Origin: Pseudomonadota bacterium
Lineage (GTDB): Bacteria; Campylobacterota; Campylobacteria; Campylobacterales; Sulfurimonadaceae
DNA length: 64,000 nt
Assembly (NCBI GenBank): GCA_043797085.1
Contig: JAZDQA010000008.1
Span: 32,001-96,000, forward strand
Direction: 5' to 3'
In this document: positions 59,631-64,000 of the stretch, piece after piece
Layout of the letters: each line of letters begins with the position of its first letter
Position numbering within the stretch: position 1 is the stretch's first letter
Program-made: the position numbers and the translations under genes
The notes under the pieces: model-generated
What the model was told of the DNA's origin: nothing
Database searches by the model: none
What the model saw: only the letters and a program-made list of their open reading frames with translations

Positions 59631-59894
59631 ATGCAATTCGACGGAGATGTCCTCACGATAGGATTGGATATGTCGATGGAAGAGATTCGAGAGTTTGAAG
59701 AGTTTGTTCGACCTCGTTTGGAGTATATAGAAACCATTGAAGCCGAAGATGGGACGCAGCTGCGAAACAGTGCATTGTTAGCACTGTTGATGAGTTTAAA
59801 ACGGACAAAAAAAGAGCTGAAAATACCTTTTATCGAACGTGGTGAAGCAGCTTCGGCTGCTTACGGAACGTTGCATTGGATGTGTCATGACTAA
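59631..59894 (+). CDS. Small protein, degenerate STAS-like
   Basis: 87 aa between MCP and cheA; NSALLALLMSL resembles the STAS DSAGL.LL motif. Confidence 0.55.
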   Translation: MQFDGDVLTIGLDMSMEEIREFEEFVRPRLEYIETIEAEDGTQLRNSALLALLMSLKRTKKELKIPFIERGEAASAAYGTLHWMCHD

Positions 59895-61965
59895 ACAAGA
59901 ACAAGTCAAAGCGATTTTTATCGAAGAAGCGGGTGAAATCATCGAAAAATTGGATGTCGATATTCTCCGATTTGAAGAGAACTCGGCTGATTTTGATCTA
60001 CTGAATGAGATTTTCAGAGGAGTTCATACCCTAAAGGGAAATGCCAATGCGTTTGGCTTTACCCGTTTGGGAGAATTTGTACACCATTTCGAAGATGTTC
60101 TCGACCACTATCGCAGTACCAAAGAGGATGTAGAAGAGCATCATCTGGAACTCTTTGTCGGTAGTGTGGATGTTATAAAAGAGGTCATGACATGTGAACT
60201 CGATGCACTTCCTGATTTGCCCTTGGATTATGCAGGATGCTTGGAGAAGATCAAACACCTCATAGCGTCGAAAAAAAATAAATTCGTAGAACCGAGTATA
60301 GAAGTAAATATGCAAGTATTTAATGATTTAGCCACAGAATTTGCTTTTGATGATATTCAGCTTCAAGATACAGCAGTAGAGAAATGTATTGAAATCCATC
60401 AAGCTTTACGTACTGAGGGGCTAAATCTCTATCGCATCGAGTTAACGCTCGATGGTGATTGCTATAAACGAGGGTTTGATCATCTTTTGTTTTTGAAGTT
60501 ATTGGCCCAAAATGCAACTGCATTGGAAAGCTTCTTTGAGCTTGACAATGTTCATTCTTTGGATACCTTCAGCAGTGATGAAAATGCGATCACGAGAGTA
60601 AGTGCAATTCTTTTGAGTGCTCAAACACCCAACGATGTAGCAGAGAATTTTGAATATTTATCCGATCATGAATACAGCATCGTGCTCATTGACCCTATTG
60701 TTGTGTCTGTAGAAAAAGTACAAGCGGTTGTCGTTGAAAAAAGTCCCGATACAGAGGTGGCAAAAACATCCTCTGCGAATGCACCAAAATCTACTATTCG
60801 TATTGATACGTTCAAACTTGACGAGCTTTTTGATTCGGTTGGTGAACTGGTAATCGCCCAAAACTTCATCGCCCAAAATGAAAAAATACGTGCCATCGAA
60901 GATGAATCGATCAGCCGAGCCATTGAAACGCTGTCCAAAATCACAAAACGAATTCAAGACCGAGTTATGAGTCTGCGAATGGTCGCGATACGCGATACTT
61001 TTGACAAGATGAAGCGAGTGGTTCGCGACACGTCTAAAAAGACGGGAAAAGAGCTTCATCTAAACGTCCAGGGTGAAGAGACAGAAATCGACAAAACGAT
61101 GATAGACAGTTTATCGGATCCATTGATCCATATTATCCGAAATGCTATCGATCACGGGCTTGAAGCGGATGGCGCTGAGAGACTGAGTGTCGGTAAAAAA
61201 GTAGAAGGGACAATAACGCTTCGTGCCTATCATAAAAGTGGCAGTATCGTTATCAGTGTCAGTGACGACGGACGAGGAATCAACAAAGAAAAAGTATTGA
61301 AAAAAGCGATTGAGCGAGGGATAATCACGGGGGATGAAAATTTGACCGATTCTCAGATCTTTGCACTCATTATGCAGCCGGGATTCTCAACAGCGGATGC
61401 TATCAGTGATCTCTCCGGACGCGGAGTTGGTTTGGATGTGGTGAAAACCTCGATCGAAAAACTGCGCGGGAAGATCGAAATTGAATCCAAAGAGGGAGTA
61501 GGGACAACATTCTCCATGGTTCTTCCTCTGACGTTGGCGATTATAGATGGAATGCTGGTTCAAGCTGCCGGTGAGATTTATATTATTCCGACTCTCAGTG
61601 TGGTGGAATCTTTTCGACCCGAACGTGAAATCGTCCATGCCCTCAAAGAAAAAGGGGAATTTGTCTCTCTGCGAGGACAGCATATACCGGTTATCCGTCT
61701 CAGTGATATATTTGAACTCCCCACTAAGCGAATCGAGCCGTGGGAAGGGATTTTAGTCTGTGTCGAAACGGAAGCCGGGCGTATTGCTATCATGGTGGAT
61801 GAACTTGTAGGTCGGCAGCAAGTGGTGATAAAACCCTTGGGCAAGGCATTGGCGAAACTTAAAGAGATCACAGGTGGTGCAATTTTAGGAAGCGGTGACA
61901 TTGCTCTTATTCTTAATGTCGATGAACTGCGTCCTCTAATCGAGGCTCCTCATGGTGGAAATTGA
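59887..61965 (+). CDS. cheA: Chemotaxis histidine kinase CheA (no fused receiver)
   Basis: FRGVHTLKG Hpt, HIIRNAIDHG, DDGRG, GFST, SGRGVGLDVV, CheW-like C-terminus. Confidence 0.96.
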   Translation: MTKQEQVKAIFIEEAGEIIEKLDVDILRFEENSADFDLLNEIFRGVHTLKGNANAFGFTRLGEFVHHFEDVLDHYRSTKEDVEEHHLELFVGSVDVIKEVMTCELDALPDLPLDYAGCLEKIKHLIASKKNKFVEPSIEVNMQVFNDLATEFAFDDIQLQDTAVEKCIEIHQALRTEGLNLYRIELTLDGDCYKRGFDHLLFLKLLAQNATALESFFELDNVHSLDTFSSDENAITRVSAILLSAQTPNDVAENFEYLSDHEYSIVLIDPIVVSVEKVQAVVVEKSPDTEVAKTSSANAPKSTIRIDTFKLDELFDSVGELVIAQNFIAQNEKIRAIEDESISRAIETLSKITKRIQDRVMSLRMVAIRDTFDKMKRVVRDTSKKTGKELHLNVQGEETEIDKTMIDSLSDPLIHIIRNAIDHGLEADGAERLSVGKKVEGTITLRAYHKSGSIVISVSDDGRGINKEKVLKKAIERGIITGDENLTDSQIFALIMQPGFSTADAISDLSGRGVGLDVVKTSIEKLRGKIEIESKEGVGTTFSMVLPLTLAIIDGMLVQAAGEIYIIPTLSVVESFRPEREIVHALKEKGEFVSLRGQHIPVIRLSDIFELPTKRIEPWEGILVCVETEAGRIAIMVDELVGRQQVVIKPLGKALAKLKEITGGAILGSGDIALILNVDELRPLIEAPHGGN

Positions 61966-62776
61966 GTTAAAACCGGAAGAATTTGCACTTTTTCGTCGTT
62001 ATATTTATGACAAAGTCGGAATCGCATTATCTGAACAAAAAAGTACATTGGTAAAAGGACGGCTGAACAAACGGCTCAATCAGTTGGGTTTACACTCATT
62101 CCGTGCTTACTATGATTATTTGATCGTGGAGGAATCGGGCGAAGAATTAGCATTGTTTATCAATGCCATCTCGACCAATGTCACCTCCTTTTTCCGTGAA
62201 GGGGCGCAATGGAAATGGCTGGAAACGTATTTGCCCGCACTCATTGCGTCAAAGCGGGAGAAAAAAATTCGTATCTGGTCGGCTGGATGTTCCAGTGGTG
62301 AAGAACCTTATACTATTTTGATGTTTTTACAGCATCATTTGAGTGATTTCGAGCAATGGGATATTAAGATTTTGGCAACCGATATCTCGGCTAAAGTCCT
62401 CTCAAAAGCCATTGCAGGCAAGTATGATGCCAAGCAAGTAGAATCGCTTTCTAAAGAGATTCTCCATCGTGCCTTTGATAAAGTAAAAACCCAACAAGGT
62501 TTGACGTATCAGATAGCACCTCATTTACGCCAGAAAGTTCTGTTTCGTCTTTACAATCTGGTAACCGATCCATTTTTTTTCAAAAATAAATTTGACATGG
62601 TTTTTTGCCGTAATGTGATGATTTACTTTGATGATACGACCCGTCATGAACTAATCGGCCGTTTTACCACGGTATTGCCAAAAGGAGCTCCTCTTTTTCT
62701 AGGGAGTTCCGAATCTTTGACCACCCATCGCGAGACACTAAAGCTTTTGGGTTCGTCGATCTATCAACGTTTATAA
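61952..62776 (+). CDS. cheR: Chemotaxis methyltransferase CheR
   Basis: TNVTSFFRE, WSAGCSSGEEPY, ATDIS, FCRNVMIYF. Confidence 0.95.
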   Translation: MVEIELKPEEFALFRRYIYDKVGIALSEQKSTLVKGRLNKRLNQLGLHSFRAYYDYLIVEESGEELALFINAISTNVTSFFREGAQWKWLETYLPALIASKREKKIRIWSAGCSSGEEPYTILMFLQHHLSDFEQWDIKILATDISAKVLSKAIAGKYDAKQVESLSKEILHRAFDKVKTQQGLTYQIAPHLRQKVLFRLYNLVTDPFFFKNKFDMVFCRNVMIYFDDTTRHELIGRFTTVLPKGAPLFLGSSESLTTHRETLKLLGSSIYQRL

Positions 62777-62786
62777 AAGGGCTCCT

Positions 62787-64000
62787 ATGGAGAAACTACA
62801 AACCGCTATGACACTAAAAGAGGCCAAATTCGACATCAATGAGCTCTTTTTTTCGATTACCGATCAAGACAGTACGATTCGTTCCGGAAATGAAGTATTT
62901 ATTCGAATTAGCGGCTATAGAAAAGACGAATTAATCGGAAGTTTTCATAATATTATCCGCCATCCCGATATGCCTAAAATCCTTTTTAAAACGTTTTGGG
63001 AGTATTTGCAAGCGGGTAAACCGATTGTGGCGTATGTGAAAAACAAGACAAAAGAGGGGGGATACTATTGGGTTTTAGCGGCGGTTTTTCCTCTCAATGA
63101 CCGCTATGTTTCGATTCGTATTAAACCCAACAGCACGCTCTTCACAGCAGCAAAAGAGCTTTATTTTAAATTATTGATGGCAGAAACAAAAGAGAATGTT
63201 GAAGCCAGTGATACACTCTTACCGCAACTATTAAGTGAGCTAGGATACACAACGTACGATCATTTTATGAGTGATATTTTACTCCACGAGTTGCAAGAAC
63301 GCCAAAAGGTCATTTCATATTCAGAAAATGAATCACAGCTTGAATCTCCTTTGACTTTGGCTTACAGCTACAGTAAAACACTCATGAAAGAGTATGACCG
63401 CTGGTTTGACAAAATAGAGATGTTTAGCCAAGTAAAGTCGATGTTTGAAGAAAAAGGTATGGTTCTGCGTCTTCTTGCACGTGAGATTGTGTTTTTGTCA
63501 CTCAATGCCTCGGTATCGTCCTATAAAATTGAAAACGGGGGTGAAACGTTTGGTGTCCTTGCCCGTGATATTCGGATAAATGCAAAAGAGAATGATGCTC
63601 TAATCGATCAGATTCATCGCAGTGTTGAGATGATAACACTCTTGCTTAATGAGGTTATTTTTTCTGTTTCCACCCTACGGCTGCAAATTGAGATGGTGCT
63701 CTTTTTTTTAGAAGAGGTATTGCATAACAGTGATGAGTTTGGGATGAATGAGATAGTGAATAATATGAATGATTTAGTCGTTTTGGTCATAAATTATACG
63801 GATAAATTAAACGCGGTTCAAACACAGCTGGAGACAAAAATTCAAGAGACGCTTATTAATCTTGATCAGCTCGAACAGCAAATGATGTATTTGGGCTACG
63901 TTCAAATCTATGGCATTATCGAAGCTGCTGCGAGCCAAGATGAGTCCGCACGGTTTCAAGTTATCTTCTCACAACTCAAAACGTTGGTACAGCAAACCTC
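62787..64000 (+). CDS. Aer-like PAS-domain chemoreceptor (partial, runs off window)
   Basis: Own translation: FSITD...N..F.RISGY..DELIG..HNIIRHPDMPK...VKN..K.G.YYWV, then LSLNAS.....GGETFGVLA; no TM in the visible part. Confidence 0.82.
   Translation, partial: MEKLQTAMTLKEAKFDINELFFSITDQDSTIRSGNEVFIRISGYRKDELIGSFHNIIRHPDMPKILFKTFWEYLQAGKPIVAYVKNKTKEGGYYWVLAAVFPLNDRYVSIRIKPNSTLFTAAKELYFKLLMAETKENVEASDTLLPQLLSELGYTTYDHFMSDILLHELQERQKVISYSENESQLESPLTLAYSYSKTLMKEYDRWFDKIEMFSQVKSMFEEKGMVLRLLAREIVFLSLNASVSSYKIENGGETFGVLARDIRINAKENDALIDQIHRSVEMITLLLNEVIFSVSTLRLQIEMVLFFLEEVLHNSDEFGMNEIVNNMNDLVVLVINYTDKLNAVQTQLETKIQETLINLDQLEQQMMYLGYVQIYGIIEAAASQDESARFQVIFSQLKTLVQQT

Overview
Gene-dense chromosomal window of a free-living Campylobacterota (epsilonproteobacterium; gene order and content suggest Sulfuricurvum/Sulfurimonas-like, an inference). 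About 1-33.8 kb is mostly housekeeping (tsaE-lptB-rpoN, aroB, mtaB, bioV-mog, leuD-leuB, purU, dapD, htpX, glyS, hemH, dgkA) and includes a stand-alone CI/LexA-type autocleaving repressor with a divergent unannotated 27-aa ORF. About 34-40.6 kb is a polymorphic toxin island: a PAAR-like (DUF4150) Rhs protein with an unrecognised C-terminal domain, a beta-propeller immunity candidate, an rhs remnant and a frameshifted orphan gene, followed by dinB. About 43-51 kb holds carboxyspermidine pathway genes split by AmmeMemo/HDOD/M15 peptidase genes, a PilZ protein and pdxAJ. About 51.4-64 kb is a nif accessory cluster (nifN, nifX, DUF269, flavodoxin, nifW, nifZ, ferredoxin) ending in a SECOND sigma-54 gene, followed by a non-F3-type chemosensory operon ending in an Aer-like PAS receptor cut by the window edge. 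Best candidates for novelty, all hypotheses: (1) a nif-linked sigma-54 paralog with an altered RpoN box, plus a -24-variant promoter before nifN; (2) a possible non-canonical SOS-like regulon, with a shared operator-like sequence at the S24 repressor and dinB; (3) palindromic repeat elements inserted in frame in the Rhs toxin gene. No rRNA, tRNA or CRISPR array was seen.
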